A stretch of 64,000 bases of DNA from Candidatus Roizmanbacteria bacterium (GTDB lineage: Bacteria > Patescibacteriota > Microgenomatia > UBA1406): assembly GCA_024654535.1 (NCBI GenBank), contig JANLHL010000016.1:96626-160625 (forward strand), read 5' to 3'. A program made the position numbers and the translations under genes. Each line of letters opens with the position of its first letter. Position 1 is the stretch's first letter. Shown in pieces: positions 25,784 to 35,693 of the stretch. The notes beneath the pieces were generated by a model. That model was given only the letters and a program-made list of their open reading frames with translations. It did not search any database and had not been told where the DNA came from.

Positions 25784-28096
25784 TTAGAGTAGTAAGAATG
25801 CTACCAAAGCTATGGCAGACAAAGCTGAAAGAGCTACCCCAATATACAATGAAATAGGTTGGTAAGAAAATATAACGGTATGATTGCCTTCTGGTACTTC
25901 GACAGCGCGAAATGAATAGTCAGCTCTAAATATTTTCGTAGGCTTACTGTCAATTGTCGCCTTCCAGCCAGGAAAATAATTATCTGATAAAAATAATATT
26001 CCGGGACGTTTTGTTTTAGTCGTTATTGTAACATTTGAGGAAGTGTAGCTTGTAATATTAGCAGGTGTGATCGGCATTTGTTTGGCAGACATCTTCGGGA
26101 AATTCTCGAGAATAACAGTCTGTTTATACCTAAATTCTTTCGATAAAAGCATTTTTATTGATTTATCTTTTTCCTCTATTACACGATAATTATAAAAGAC
26201 TGCGGCTCGAGGCAACGCTTCTTTATTTTCAAATAACATCCACGAATCTTTCTTGTATACCTGTTGGAAACGCTCAGGTGGCATAAAGCTGTCTTTATTA
26301 AAAATATTCTTCACACCAAGAAGATTCATTAACATTTTTTTGGAATATGAATCATCCTCTGGCAATGTTTGCGGAAAAACCGCATCTGATCTTGGTAGTT
26401 TGGATTCAAGTTTACCTGTTGAAACCGCTTGCATAAGCTCTGCATAATTTTTTATATAGAGTGGATCATATCCCTCAGAAGACTGCAAACGCCACTGCAC
26501 AGGCAGATTCGACCACATTGCCGCACCACCATATCCATACACTCTATCTGTTAACGATCGCTTCGATACATTTTCCATTAATATATGTTGTGGAAACATA
26601 TACTGCGCAGGAGAGAAGGGAAGATATTTATTTATAAAATAGAGGTATTCAATACTCATAAGTATAAAAACACCTATCCAAAGCAGGTGTTTAACCTTTT
26701 CCTTAATAAGCAATAGAACCCCTATCGTCAGGGCAATTCCAGTCGGTAAAATGAGGTTGCGCTTTGTTACGGCAAGCCAAAGTGGATCTAAATGTAGGTT
26801 TAGTACCAGAACCCAAAGTACACAGTAAACAGCTAACAGCATCACAACGGGATAGACTAATGTATGTGCTCTTCCTCGATATACCGCTTCAACACCATAC
26901 GCAGCTGCAATGACTATTCCAACACCCGTTAAAAAAAGTGCACGAGATGGAATACCGGTATTGAGGACTGGGATACCCGAACGTAGAAGCAATTCCGAAA
27001 TGAATGGAACAAACGCTATAGCAAGTGATAAAACTACCGTTATAAGGGCTAAGCGTACTACTTTATACCTTCTTTGGGTATAAAATGCTATAACAGCAAA
27101 AAACAAGAGTACTATGCCTGTATAACTCATAAACTCTCCATAATCTCTACCCCAGTAATTACCAGTGGCAGGATTTCCAAAAAAATCAGGAGCAAACAAC
27201 ATAACTATGTACTGAATTGGAATAATAAATTTATGAAAAGTCTCAACTGAAGATGCAACATCGCGAGGCGAATGCATCATTAGCTCTATACTAGGCACTA
27301 TTTGCACGGCAGCAAGCGAAACACCTATCGCAATCGCTACAAAACCTTTAACTATATCCTTACGTGTTAAAATACCCCAACCTTCATAGGCAAAAAATGC
27401 TGTTGAAAAAATAAGCACATATACTGTGGTTTGTATGTGCCCTGCCAAAATCGAACAGCCTATAGAAACCGCTGTTACTGCCAAAAAACTATTTCGCTTT
27501 GTTTTTATATATTGATGTAGTCCCCAAAGCACTAGAGGTAACCACAACGCCGAATGCCCAACGATACCCATTTCAAACCACACCATCATATAACCCATAC
27601 ACGCAAATCCAATACCCGCTATACTACTCGCTAAACGTGAGAGTCCGAGACTTCGAATAAAAATGTACATAAACAAGATTGCTAACACAGGCTGAAGAAG
27701 TATATAGGAAATCCAGGCTAACCGATTATTCGTTAGAAAAAATAAGATATTTAATGGATACAATGCCGCTGTTTGTATATTTGCTAAAAGTGGATTTCCA
27801 GAAAACGAATATACATTCCAAAGTGGAATGGTACCTTGTTTCACTAGATCCATTGCAAGTATTCTCCATGGGTACAGTTGTCGAATTACATCGGCAAAAA
27901 TAAACTCCTTATGAGTTATCCATGAAGAATAACCTTCCCAGCCTCCTTGGGTATAGGGATAAAATGAAGAAACAAGTAAATCGCCCGGAAACGGAACAAA
28001 TCGGTAGATAAATACCTTATAAAATAGTAGTGCTACAAAGACTCCACAAACTACAAACGACCAATAGTGCCGAATATGTTTTATAAACTTAGGCAT
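25784..28096 (-). CDS. large polytopic membrane protein, YfhO-like (putative glycosyl/glycolipid transferase)
   Basis: 770 aa with many N-terminal TM helices, a large extracytoplasmic C-terminal domain and a terminal TM anchor. This is the YfhO-type architecture. Pattern-level call. Confidence 0.6.
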   Translation of the reverse strand: MPKFIKHIRHYWSFVVCGVFVALLFYKVFIYRFVPFPGDLLVSSFYPYTQGGWEGYSSWITHKEFIFADVIRQLYPWRILAMDLVKQGTIPLWNVYSFSGNPLLANIQTAALYPLNILFFLTNNRLAWISYILLQPVLAILFMYIFIRSLGLSRLASSIAGIGFACMGYMMVWFEMGIVGHSALWLPLVLWGLHQYIKTKRNSFLAVTAVSIGCSILAGHIQTTVYVLIFSTAFFAYEGWGILTRKDIVKGFVAIAIGVSLAAVQIVPSIELMMHSPRDVASSVETFHKFIIPIQYIVMLFAPDFFGNPATGNYWGRDYGEFMSYTGIVLLFFAVIAFYTQRRYKVVRLALITVVLSLAIAFVPFISELLLRSGIPVLNTGIPSRALFLTGVGIVIAAAYGVEAVYRGRAHTLVYPVVMLLAVYCVLWVLVLNLHLDPLWLAVTKRNLILPTGIALTIGVLLLIKEKVKHLLWIGVFILMSIEYLYFINKYLPFSPAQYMFPQHILMENVSKRSLTDRVYGYGGAAMWSNLPVQWRLQSSEGYDPLYIKNYAELMQAVSTGKLESKLPRSDAVFPQTLPEDDSYSKKMLMNLLGVKNIFNKDSFMPPERFQQVYKKDSWMLFENKEALPRAAVFYNYRVIEEKDKSIKMLLSKEFRYKQTVILENFPKMSAKQMPITPANITSYTSSNVTITTKTKRPGILFLSDNYFPGWKATIDSKPTKIFRADYSFRAVEVPEGNHTVIFSYQPISLYIGVALSALSAIALVAFLLL

Positions 28097-28173
28097 ACTA
28101 TATTCTACAGTACCCGTTACAAATCATATTTTCAATATGAACACTGAAAAACAATATATGATAAGCCAAATAA

Positions 28174-28791
28174 TTAGTTATTTACGACACACGTAGCATT
28201 TGGGATCTGTATTGATATTTCTATAAATCCTAATGCTGATAAAAGCGAGGTAAGCTGTTTTCGTGCATTATCGGATGCCTGTGTCAGTATACCTCCTTGG
28301 CAAGATGCATCTTCGATAGACTTTTGTGCAGCTTCACGAAGCGTTGACTCTAGGTTAACGTCGCCGGGATTTAATATACCTCTCGTTCTGTCATATACTC
28401 TTGTTTGTGTATTGTCTAGTGTCGTAACGAGAATCTGAGGTTTTGGAAGGGTAAGGGTGATAGATTGTTTCACTATTTTAATATCTTTTTCTGATATTTG
28501 CGACAAGTCAAAGCCAGCAATAGATTGCCCATGGGCTATAAGCAATATTTTATCCCCGAAGAGAAACTCTTTGAGTGCATTTCCACTCGTACCTCCATCA
28601 ATAATTTTTTCAACCGTGAAAGAGGCTGTTTCTATCCTCTGCAAACTTTGCATTTCTTTAATAACTGCAGATCTGCTTAGATTAATGTTCGTATTAATTC
28701 TGTTTCTGAAAAATACCATCCAGAGTATCAACGTTAGAGCAATAAGTAGAAAAGCTATGAGTACATATGGTGCAGCTTTTCTAACATTCAT
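28174..28791 (-). CDS. DUF4230 family protein (membrane-anchored)
   Basis: N-terminal TM segment, then 'VIKEMQSLQRIETASFTVEKIID' and 'LIAHGQSIAGFDLSQI', typical of DUF4230. TGTTAGACT lies 6 nt upstream on the minus strand. Confidence 0.65.
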   Translation of the reverse strand: MNVRKAAPYVLIAFLLIALTLILWMVFFRNRINTNINLSRSAVIKEMQSLQRIETASFTVEKIIDGGTSGNALKEFLFGDKILLIAHGQSIAGFDLSQISEKDIKIVKQSITLTLPKPQILVTTLDNTQTRVYDRTRGILNPGDVNLESTLREAAQKSIEDASCQGGILTQASDNARKQLTSLLSALGFIEISIQIPNATCVVNN

Positions 28792-28883
28792 ACTAGTAGT
28801 CTAACATATTGCCATATGAACACTTAATAGAAATCAGCTAAAAATATGTATGACAATGGAACTGTTGTATACTATTGACATAC

Positions 28884-29789
28884 ATGACAAGTGCTCAAAA
28901 ACTTATGCAAGATACAATAATGACTACATCTGAAAATAATCACTGGAGCGACTATGAGCTTCTAGACAGCGGTGATGGGAAAAAACTCGAACGATTTGGC
29001 GCCTTCAGATTTGTTCGTCCAGAATCTCAAGCCTTGTGGCAACCAAAACTATCGCGTGCCGAATGGGAAAAAGCAGATGGTGTTTTCCAAGAGACTCAAA
29101 ACAATGAACAGTCTCAGTGGAAATTATCACCGAACTTACCAGAAAGGTGGAAGATAACGTATAACAATATAGATATGTGGATTGAACCCACCTCCTTTCG
29201 ACACTTTGGAGTATTTCCAGAGCAAGCTGCACACTGGGACTGGATGGTAGAAAAAATAATACACGCAACGAATCAACCTCGAATACTAAATTTGTTCGGC
29301 TACACCGGTATTGCATCGCTGTTTGCAGCACAGGCAGGTGCACTCGTAACACATGTTGACGCGTCTAAAAAGTCTGTTGCTTGGGCACGTGAAAATCAGC
29401 TATTATCAAAGCTCGAAGATAAACCTATTCGATGGATTGTAGACGACGCACTCACTTTTATACAGCGAGAGATAAGAAGGGGAGTGAGTTATCAAGGAAT
29501 AATCATAGATCCACCAAAGTTTGGTCGTGGGCCAAAAGGTGAGCTTTGGAAACTTGAAACAATGCTGCCGCAACTTTTACGAGAATGTGCCAAGCTACTT
29601 ACCGATCCGCTATTTATCATTCTCACGGTATATGCCGTTCGATTATCGTCAACAAGCCTTAACTATACGCTACGTGACAGTTTCCCAAATTTACAAGGCT
29701 CAGTAACGTCTGGAGAGCTAACCATTACAGAATCAAGCGGACATCGAAGTCTGTCACCTGCTATATATGCACGTTGGGATAACAAATAA
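28884..29789 (+). CDS. class I SAM-dependent methyltransferase (RlmI/YwbD-like, Methyltrans_SAM type)
   Basis: 'YELLDSGDGKKLERFG' N-terminus, SAM motif 'ILNLFGYTGIASLFAAQAGA.VTHVDAS', and 'IIIDPPKFGRG'. Start set at ATG 28884, 10 nt after TATACT. Confidence 0.75.
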   Translation: MTSAQKLMQDTIMTTSENNHWSDYELLDSGDGKKLERFGAFRFVRPESQALWQPKLSRAEWEKADGVFQETQNNEQSQWKLSPNLPERWKITYNNIDMWIEPTSFRHFGVFPEQAAHWDWMVEKIIHATNQPRILNLFGYTGIASLFAAQAGALVTHVDASKKSVAWARENQLLSKLEDKPIRWIVDDALTFIQREIRRGVSYQGIIIDPPKFGRGPKGELWKLETMLPQLLRECAKLLTDPLFIILTVYAVRLSSTSLNYTLRDSFPNLQGSVTSGELTITESSGHRSLSPAIYARWDNK

Positions 29790-29835
29790 GGGAAATTCTC
29801 AAGGCTTTATACAAAACTCTCGTGCTAACATGACT

Positions 29836-30069
29836 TTATATTCCCAATAGACGATCGATGACTGGCTTATTAAATCCTACAACAACCTCATCATCTATCC
29901 AGAGTTGAGGTACTCCCATTTGGCCAGATTTTTTAACCATTTGCATTGCCTGAGCCTGATCTTTTGATACATCAATATCTTCATATTGAATATTCTTGTT
30001 TGTTAAATATTCTTTGGCCATAATGCAATACGGACACGTTTGAGTTGAAAAGACTTTTACTTTTTTCAT
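29836..30069 (-). CDS. glutaredoxin-like protein (NrdH/YruB type)
   Basis: 'VKVFSTQTCPYCIMAKEYL' CPYC active site, then 'GVPQLWIDDEVVVGF'. ATGA overlap with the upstream PadR gene. Confidence 0.8.
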   Translation of the reverse strand: MKKVKVFSTQTCPYCIMAKEYLTNKNIQYEDIDVSKDQAQAMQMVKKSGQMGVPQLWIDDEVVVGFNKPVIDRLLGI

Positions 30070-30407
30070 AGTATTTTTTTGTAATTATTAATTAATATAC
30101 TTATAATCTTTCTCTGCTTTTCCAACGAAATAATCCATCCATTCAAATAGTCTTTCCCGCTTTCTGTAATGGTATACATATACCGTTTTGGTCCCAATTC
30201 ACTCTTTGCACCTGAGCGTTCAATATATCCCAACTTTTGCATACGTGAAAGACAACGATATAGATTGCCGGTATTCACTTCACAGGTACACTTTTCTTTC
30301 AACTGCTTTTGTATATCGTATCCATAACTTGGCTTTTCTAATAAAAGAAATAAGATACACGGCTCAAAAAAGTTCTGTACAACTACTTGTGGACAATTAT
30401 TTTTCAT
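30066..30407 (-). CDS. PadR family transcriptional regulator
   Basis: 'ILFLLLEKPSYGYDIQKQLKE...GNLYRCLSRMQKLGYI' is the PadR winged-helix signature. Confidence 0.85.
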   Translation of the reverse strand: MKNNCPQVVVQNFFEPCILFLLLEKPSYGYDIQKQLKEKCTCEVNTGNLYRCLSRMQKLGYIERSGAKSELGPKRYMYTITESGKDYLNGWIISLEKQRKIISILINNYKKIL

Positions 30408-30424
30408 ATGCTATACTGTTGTTA

Positions 30425-30471
30425 ACTATATGTAAGTTTAATATAGTGAAATGCAATTGTCAATAACAATT
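30425..30471. promoter_or_regulatory. two inverted repeats in the PadR/DUF2892 divergent intergenic region (candidate PadR operators)
   Basis: ACTATAT(30425-30431)-9 nt-ATATAGT(30441-30447) is a perfect dyad. A second is AATTGT(30455-30460)-5 nt-ACAATT(30466-30471). Confidence 0.3.
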
Positions 30472-30489
30472 ATAAATTTATTCAAACAT

Positions 30490-30687
30490 ATGTTTAATAA
30501 AAATGAGGGTGTCCTCGATCGTAGAATAAGAATTCTAGTAGGTGTACTTTTGCTAGTCTTGTCATATTTTCTACAAGGCCCAACGCAGGTGGTAGTGTTA
30601 ATTCTTGGACTCATCGCAGTTGGAACGGGGATAAGCGGAGTGTGTCTTCTCTATAAACTATTTGGCATTTCGACAAAAGCAAAGTAG
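30490..30687 (+). CDS. DUF2892 (YgaP-like) small membrane protein
   Basis: 'FNKNEGVLDRRIRILVGVLLL' followed by 'GISGVCLLYKLFGIST' is the typical DUF2892 pattern. Start set at the internal Met. Confidence 0.7.
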   Translation: MFNKNEGVLDRRIRILVGVLLLVLSYFLQGPTQVVVLILGLIAVGTGISGVCLLYKLFGISTKAK

Positions 30688-30721
30688 TACAATATCTGCA
30701 TTCTTCTGGTACAATTTTTTA

Positions 30722-31420
30722 ATGAAATTAAAAATACTATCCTGGAATATTTGGCTTAATGGAAATCTGAATACAATAAGTACGTTTTTAGAACACTCAA
30801 ATGCAGATATTATTGGCCTTCAGGAAGTAATAGTTGCGAACAAAACTATTGAGCTCGCGAAGCATTTTACTGAACATCTTGGATATAAGCATGTATTCGC
30901 AAGATCATTTGACAATGAAATAGATGGGGTACAAGTAAAAGTTGGAAACGCTATTTTCAGCAAGTTCCCAATAGTAGATTCTAAAATTCACCACTTATCA
31001 AATGAAATCAATAGAGTTGCACTTCAAGCAGATATCAAAATAAACAGCTCAATAATTCATGTATTTAATACGCACCTTATTCACACGCATCAAAATCCCT
31101 CAGAGCTACAAAATCTTCAAGCAACTCATTTAGCAAAGGTGCTACCCTTAAAAAAAACAATTTTAATGGGAGATTTTAACGCGCTACCAAATAGTAATCC
31201 AATAAATATAGTAAGTAGAGTATTAGAAAATACAGATAAAAATATGCTTCCCACCTGGAGTATCTATCCGAAGGGGTGTAGAGTTTGTTCCCCACAAGGT
31301 GTTTTGTATAAGCTCGACAATATTTTTACTAGTTCTGACATCAAAAGTTCAGATTTTATGGTCGAGAAATCAAAGGCATCTGACCATTTGCCGATTTCAG
31401 CGACTATTGAAATAAATTAG
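30722..31420 (+). CDS. endonuclease/exonuclease/phosphatase (EEP) family protein
   Basis: 'KILSWNIW...ADIIGLQEV' and 'GDFNALPNS' with terminal 'SDHLPISATI' are the EEP catalytic motifs. Confidence 0.8.
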   Translation: MKLKILSWNIWLNGNLNTISTFLEHSNADIIGLQEVIVANKTIELAKHFTEHLGYKHVFARSFDNEIDGVQVKVGNAIFSKFPIVDSKIHHLSNEINRVALQADIKINSSIIHVFNTHLIHTHQNPSELQNLQATHLAKVLPLKKTILMGDFNALPNSNPINIVSRVLENTDKNMLPTWSIYPKGCRVCSPQGVLYKLDNIFTSSDIKSSDFMVEKSKASDHLPISATIEIN

Positions 31421-31456
31421 TACAAATAATACGTTGGAAAATTATATAGTAGTACT

Positions 31457-31879
31457 ATGACATGGTATATAGCTGCGGGTTTATCTGCAATTTTTGCTGC
31501 ACTGACCTCAATATTTGCCAAAATTGGCATTAAAGATATTGATAGTAATTTAGCAACTGCTATACGAACAACATTTATACTTTTTTTTACGTGGGGTATT
31601 GCTGCTTCGCAAGGAACACTTTCTAAAATCACCGAGATATCAAAACATAGCTGGTTATTCCTACTGTTATCCGCACTTGCTACGGGATTCTCCTGGCTTT
31701 TTTATTTTTACGCACTCAAAGTAGGTGAGGCTAGTAAAGTAGTGCCAATAGATAAGTTAAGTTTGGTATTAACAATTGTATTTGCCGCTCTCATTTTGAA
31801 AGAGAAAGTAAGCGCACAGATGGTTGTAGGTGCACTTTGCATGACTATAGGGGCAATAATGATTGCATATGCTAAATAA
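31457..31879 (+). CDS. small EamA/DMT-superfamily transporter (single EamA domain)
   Basis: 140 aa with 4-5 TM helices. Contains 'ALTSIFAKIGIK' and 'FYFYALKVGEASKVVPIDKLS'. Confidence 0.65.
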   Translation: MTWYIAAGLSAIFAALTSIFAKIGIKDIDSNLATAIRTTFILFFTWGIAASQGTLSKITEISKHSWLFLLLSALATGFSWLFYFYALKVGEASKVVPIDKLSLVLTIVFAALILKEKVSAQMVVGALCMTIGAIMIAYAK

Positions 31880-31894
31880 ATATTTACTACAATT

Positions 31895-32599
31895 ATGAAA
31901 ACAGCATTTGTTACTGGTGGAGGAAGGGGTTTAGGAAAAGGATTTGTAGAATATTTTTTGTCACAGGGTTTTCAAGTTATTGCAGGAGTAAGAAATCCAG
32001 AACATGTAACACTGCACCATAAAGATCTAACCCTTGTGAAATTGGACGTCTCTTCAGACTCATCAATTAATAATGCTTTTGATACAACATCTGCCGAATG
32101 TGATCATCTCGATTACCTTATTAATAATGCCGGAATAAATAAAGATAGTGCCACTGGCAATAATAAAAAAATTGTATGCGATCTACGCTATCTTGATAGG
32201 AAAATCCTCTTAGATATGTTCTCGATAAATTCAGTCGCTCCTCTTATAATGGAGAAAACATTCTTACCACTCCTGTCAAAATCCAAACAGGCCTTTGTCG
32301 TCAATATTTCATCGTGTAGAAGCTCTATAAAAGATGAATTTGCAAATACAAATGGAAATTATGGATATAGAGCAAGTAAAGCAGCATTGAATATAATGAC
32401 CTATGCCAGTACGTTTGATTTGCCCAAGAATGTTAAAACATATGCAGTTCATCCAGGTGACGTAAAAACAGATATGAACCCAGGAGGCAAAAGTGATCCT
32501 CTTGTTCAAGCAGAAAAAATAATCGACATTAGTAAGAACTGGGAACAAGAATTCAATGGTCACTTTTTACGATTCGACGGTACGTTTTACCCCGTTTAA
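31895..32599 (+). CDS. SDR family oxidoreductase
   Basis: 'AFVTGGGRGLGKGF' cofactor motif, 'NNAGI', and 'YRASKAALN' catalytic YxxxK. Confidence 0.85.
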   Translation: MKTAFVTGGGRGLGKGFVEYFLSQGFQVIAGVRNPEHVTLHHKDLTLVKLDVSSDSSINNAFDTTSAECDHLDYLINNAGINKDSATGNNKKIVCDLRYLDRKILLDMFSINSVAPLIMEKTFLPLLSKSKQAFVVNISSCRSSIKDEFANTNGNYGYRASKAALNIMTYASTFDLPKNVKTYAVHPGDVKTDMNPGGKSDPLVQAEKIIDISKNWEQEFNGHFLRFDGTFYPV

Positions 32600-32631
32600 C
32601 TGACTGATTTAGTATATAATTAGCAACGAAT

Positions 32632-33894
32632 ATGGACTCTGAACCACAAATAATCCCCGATAATCGAGTAGAAGAAAGAAAAATACATGTACTACTAGAA
32701 CGATATAGAGAAGATCTTGGTGGATTTGACATGGTGCCTGTTGGTAATGCTGGATATATTCTGCAGCGTCAATCACATATACCAATGGCAGGAAATGACT
32801 GGGCCATGTTTGATTACGACGACACTCTTACTGCCTATACGGAGGCGAAAATTAAAAGGCAAGAGCTCTATATGCAGTATTTACGTAATTCTGGCATAGT
32901 GATAACCGATACGCAAGCTGCACACGCGATGCATATAACAGATGAATTTTCACGTTGGGAAGAGAGAATTAACGAGGGTAAGCTGTATCATATTGGAGCG
33001 CATATAGCTACCTTACATTGGGTAACAAAAGGATTAAAGAATAGTACTGATAGCGCTGAAATAACTTTAACGAGAATTCAAGATCATCTTAACAGAATTA
33101 AATCTACCTACACAAACGTAAGCGCAGCCGAAGAAGATGACCCCTTTTATTTTCGAGAAAGTGATAAGAAATTTATTTTAAGAAGTAAAAATACTATTTG
33201 GCCAAAACCCTTTGGAGACATATTTCAAAAAACTACTATAACTCCTCCTCAATATAATGAAATGGTCGCTGCGGCAGCCGATATTGGTACACCTCGTGAT
33301 TCTATACATAGAACAAACGTAAACATATTTAGCAAGGGTGAACCACACTTTCAATTAGCAAAAATTTTGGAGCTTCTTAAGCAGAATCCCGATTTGCCTG
33401 TATCTCAAATATGGCTTTCAAATACACAAAAAGGAGACTTTATTATAGAAGCTGTTGAAACAAACGCAACGGCACAGCTTGAACAAGAATATATTCCTCA
33501 GAATATGCTTGAAGATTCAGACGAAGGACCGAGCTACGGTAGTGGGTATATCTTAAGCCAATATCCACATACAATAGTTATGTTCGATGATAATCCAAAA
33601 GAACTACTCTCAATAGTTTCTACTAGAAAGTATCTTAGGGAACATACTGGTGCTTCGTTTATTGCTGTTCGGTCTATACGAAAAGGTACAAGAGAGCAAT
33701 CAAAGGAGTGGCACGTTCAAACACAATATGGAAATGTAGATTTTACCGCAAGATCATATGCACCACGTGAAATTTCAAATATATTTTTACTCAATAGATA
33801 TTTAGCCATAAAAGCGCGCTTAGGACCAACCCATCCAAATACAGAAAAGTCAAAAAAAGAGTTGTTACTCAGAGGCATAATAATCCCCGAGTAA
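32632..33894 (+). CDS. hypothetical protein, 420 aa, with distant HAD-like motifs
   Basis: 'AMFDYDDTLT' (DxDxT motif I) and a late 'VMFDDNPKE' (acidic motif IV-like). Otherwise an orphan. Confidence 0.45.
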   Translation: MDSEPQIIPDNRVEERKIHVLLERYREDLGGFDMVPVGNAGYILQRQSHIPMAGNDWAMFDYDDTLTAYTEAKIKRQELYMQYLRNSGIVITDTQAAHAMHITDEFSRWEERINEGKLYHIGAHIATLHWVTKGLKNSTDSAEITLTRIQDHLNRIKSTYTNVSAAEEDDPFYFRESDKKFILRSKNTIWPKPFGDIFQKTTITPPQYNEMVAAAADIGTPRDSIHRTNVNIFSKGEPHFQLAKILELLKQNPDLPVSQIWLSNTQKGDFIIEAVETNATAQLEQEYIPQNMLEDSDEGPSYGSGYILSQYPHTIVMFDDNPKELLSIVSTRKYLREHTGASFIAVRSIRKGTREQSKEWHVQTQYGNVDFTARSYAPREISNIFLLNRYLAIKARLGPTHPNTEKSKKELLLRGIIIPE

Positions 33895-33908
33895 AGTTTA
33901 TTGTAAAA

Positions 33909-34163
33909 ATGGGTACATTTTATTTTTATATTCTTCGCTGCAGGGATAATTCACTTTACTGCGGACAAACAACTGATATTGAAAGTAGGGTATTGGAACA
34001 TAATGATAATCAAAAGAAAGCCTCTAAATATGTATGGGCTCGAAGACCTGCAACACTTGTCCATCTTGAGAGCTACCCTACGAAATCAGAAGCACTACGC
34101 AGAGAGTATGCGGTGAAACAGTGGCCTAAAGCAAGAAAAGAGAGCTTGGTAATGAAGACATAA
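33909..34163 (+). CDS. GIY-YIG nuclease superfamily protein (small UPF0213-like), second copy
   Basis: 'FYFYILRCRDNSLYCGQTTDIESRVLEHN' is the GIY-YIG core. 84 aa. Confidence 0.75.
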   Translation: MGTFYFYILRCRDNSLYCGQTTDIESRVLEHNDNQKKASKYVWARRPATLVHLESYPTKSEALRREYAVKQWPKARKESLVMKT

Positions 34164-34183
34164 TAATATGGTATAGTTTGATC

Positions 34184-34777
34184 ATGATAAACGAAAACTT
34201 TGTTATTATCGGTGTAATAATACAATCAGTTGGAGGTGTCGGCTATTTTTTGGATACTATAAAGGGAAAAATTCAGCCAAATAAAGTATCGTGGTTATTG
34301 TGGGCTATTGCCCCATTAGTAGCGTTCGCAGCAGAAGTGAGCCAGGGAGTTGGAATTCATTCCCTCACAACCTTTATTGTAGGATTTATACCTCTTATTA
34401 TCTTTTTCGCATCATTTGTGAACAAGAAAGCAACATGGCAATTGTCGAAATTTGACATTATTTGTGGGACTTTGTCTATCGCCGGATTAGCAATGTGGGC
34501 AATTACCCGTGTTGGAAATATTGCTATTCTGTTCGCTATCTTGGCAGATGGCTTAGCAGCTGTACCAACAATCGTAAAATCATTCAAGGAACCTTCATCT
34601 GAAAGTAGTCTTATTTATGGCCTTGGAGTGATTAACGCAGGGATAGCACTTCTTGCAACTTCGAACTGGAATTTTGAACACTACGCATTCCCTCTCTATT
34701 TATTTATTGTTGGAACAGTACTGTATTTTCTTATTCAATTTAAACTTGGGAAATTTATTTCAAACATATTTCGATAA
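34184..34777 (+). CDS. hypothetical polytopic membrane protein
   Basis: Six or so hydrophobic helices. Start set at ATG 34184, 6 nt after TGGTATAGT (34169-34177). Confidence 0.5.
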   Translation: MINENFVIIGVIIQSVGGVGYFLDTIKGKIQPNKVSWLLWAIAPLVAFAAEVSQGVGIHSLTTFIVGFIPLIIFFASFVNKKATWQLSKFDIICGTLSIAGLAMWAITRVGNIAILFAILADGLAAVPTIVKSFKEPSSESSLIYGLGVINAGIALLATSNWNFEHYAFPLYLFIVGTVLYFLIQFKLGKFISNIFR

Positions 34778-34804
34778 AATATTAATTTCGTTTATACTTG
34801 TATC

Positions 34805-35689
34805 ATGTCGAGTAAGAAGCTTACACAGTATACTCACTTAAAAAAACTCTGGACAAAACGATTAAGACAGGTGCAAAAAAATGTGTATGCGAAACACGGT
34901 GATTCTTTAGTATGGATTAACAATTCAGCCCAAAAATTATTAGTTGGTTCTACTGGTCTATTTCTTCTTACTCAACCTGTTGCAACGTCAACACTCGCAC
35001 AAGCAACACAAGCGCAGAATACTCCCGCTCAAGCGCTAGAAAAACCACAGCACACAAGCCAAACTTTAGTTTCACAGCTTGCAAATCAGCTACCCGCAAT
35101 TGTGAACCCATTGACGCAAAAGCAAGAAGATACCATTATTCAAACATTATCTAACTACTTTAATCTTCGTTTATTTGCACAACTCGAAAACAAAAGCCTC
35201 AACCGCACGTATGGACTTATCGGTGCCGAACAGCATCTCATGAGATATCCTGGAGACGTTATAACGACTCATTTTTACACACAAGCAGACACCCGATTTG
35301 CACCTTCAGGTGTTGCTCCTGGTAGGGGAGCGTGGGGTTATTTTGCTAACTCGAAAGAAGAGTTAACAGAAGCAGATATTGAGCGCGAAAAATGGTACAT
35401 TGCAGTGCCAACTTTCTTATCTCCAGGGTGGAAAGAAGACCCGAATAGTTTGTATGCTTTTTTTAAATATAGAAAAATGCTTGTCGTCAATCCTCAAAAC
35501 GGTAAAGCAGTAATTGCAGATATTGCAGATGCTGGACCAGCAGAATGGACAGGCAAACACTTAGGTGGTTCACCAGAGGTAATGGACTATCTTGAGCGAC
35601 AAGACGGGTCCGAACGTGGACCAGTCCTTTACTTTTTTATAGATGACCCCGGTGATACTATACGCCTTGGTCCAATTCAAGTACAATAA
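34805..35689 (+). CDS. secreted/anchored hypothetical protein with possible RlpA-like double-psi beta-barrel C-terminus
   Basis: N-terminal hydrophobic segment and a Q/T/A-rich linker. The C-terminal 'MLVVNPQNGKAVIADIADAGPAEWTG...GGSPEVMDYL' resembles the V.N..NGK.V...v.DrGP...g...DLS pattern of RlpA/DPBB domains. Confidence 0.45.
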   Translation: MSSKKLTQYTHLKKLWTKRLRQVQKNVYAKHGDSLVWINNSAQKLLVGSTGLFLLTQPVATSTLAQATQAQNTPAQALEKPQHTSQTLVSQLANQLPAIVNPLTQKQEDTIIQTLSNYFNLRLFAQLENKSLNRTYGLIGAEQHLMRYPGDVITTHFYTQADTRFAPSGVAPGRGAWGYFANSKEELTEADIEREKWYIAVPTFLSPGWKEDPNSLYAFFKYRKMLVVNPQNGKAVIADIADAGPAEWTGKHLGGSPEVMDYLERQDGSERGPVLYFFIDDPGDTIRLGPIQVQ

Positions 35690-35693
35690 CAGT

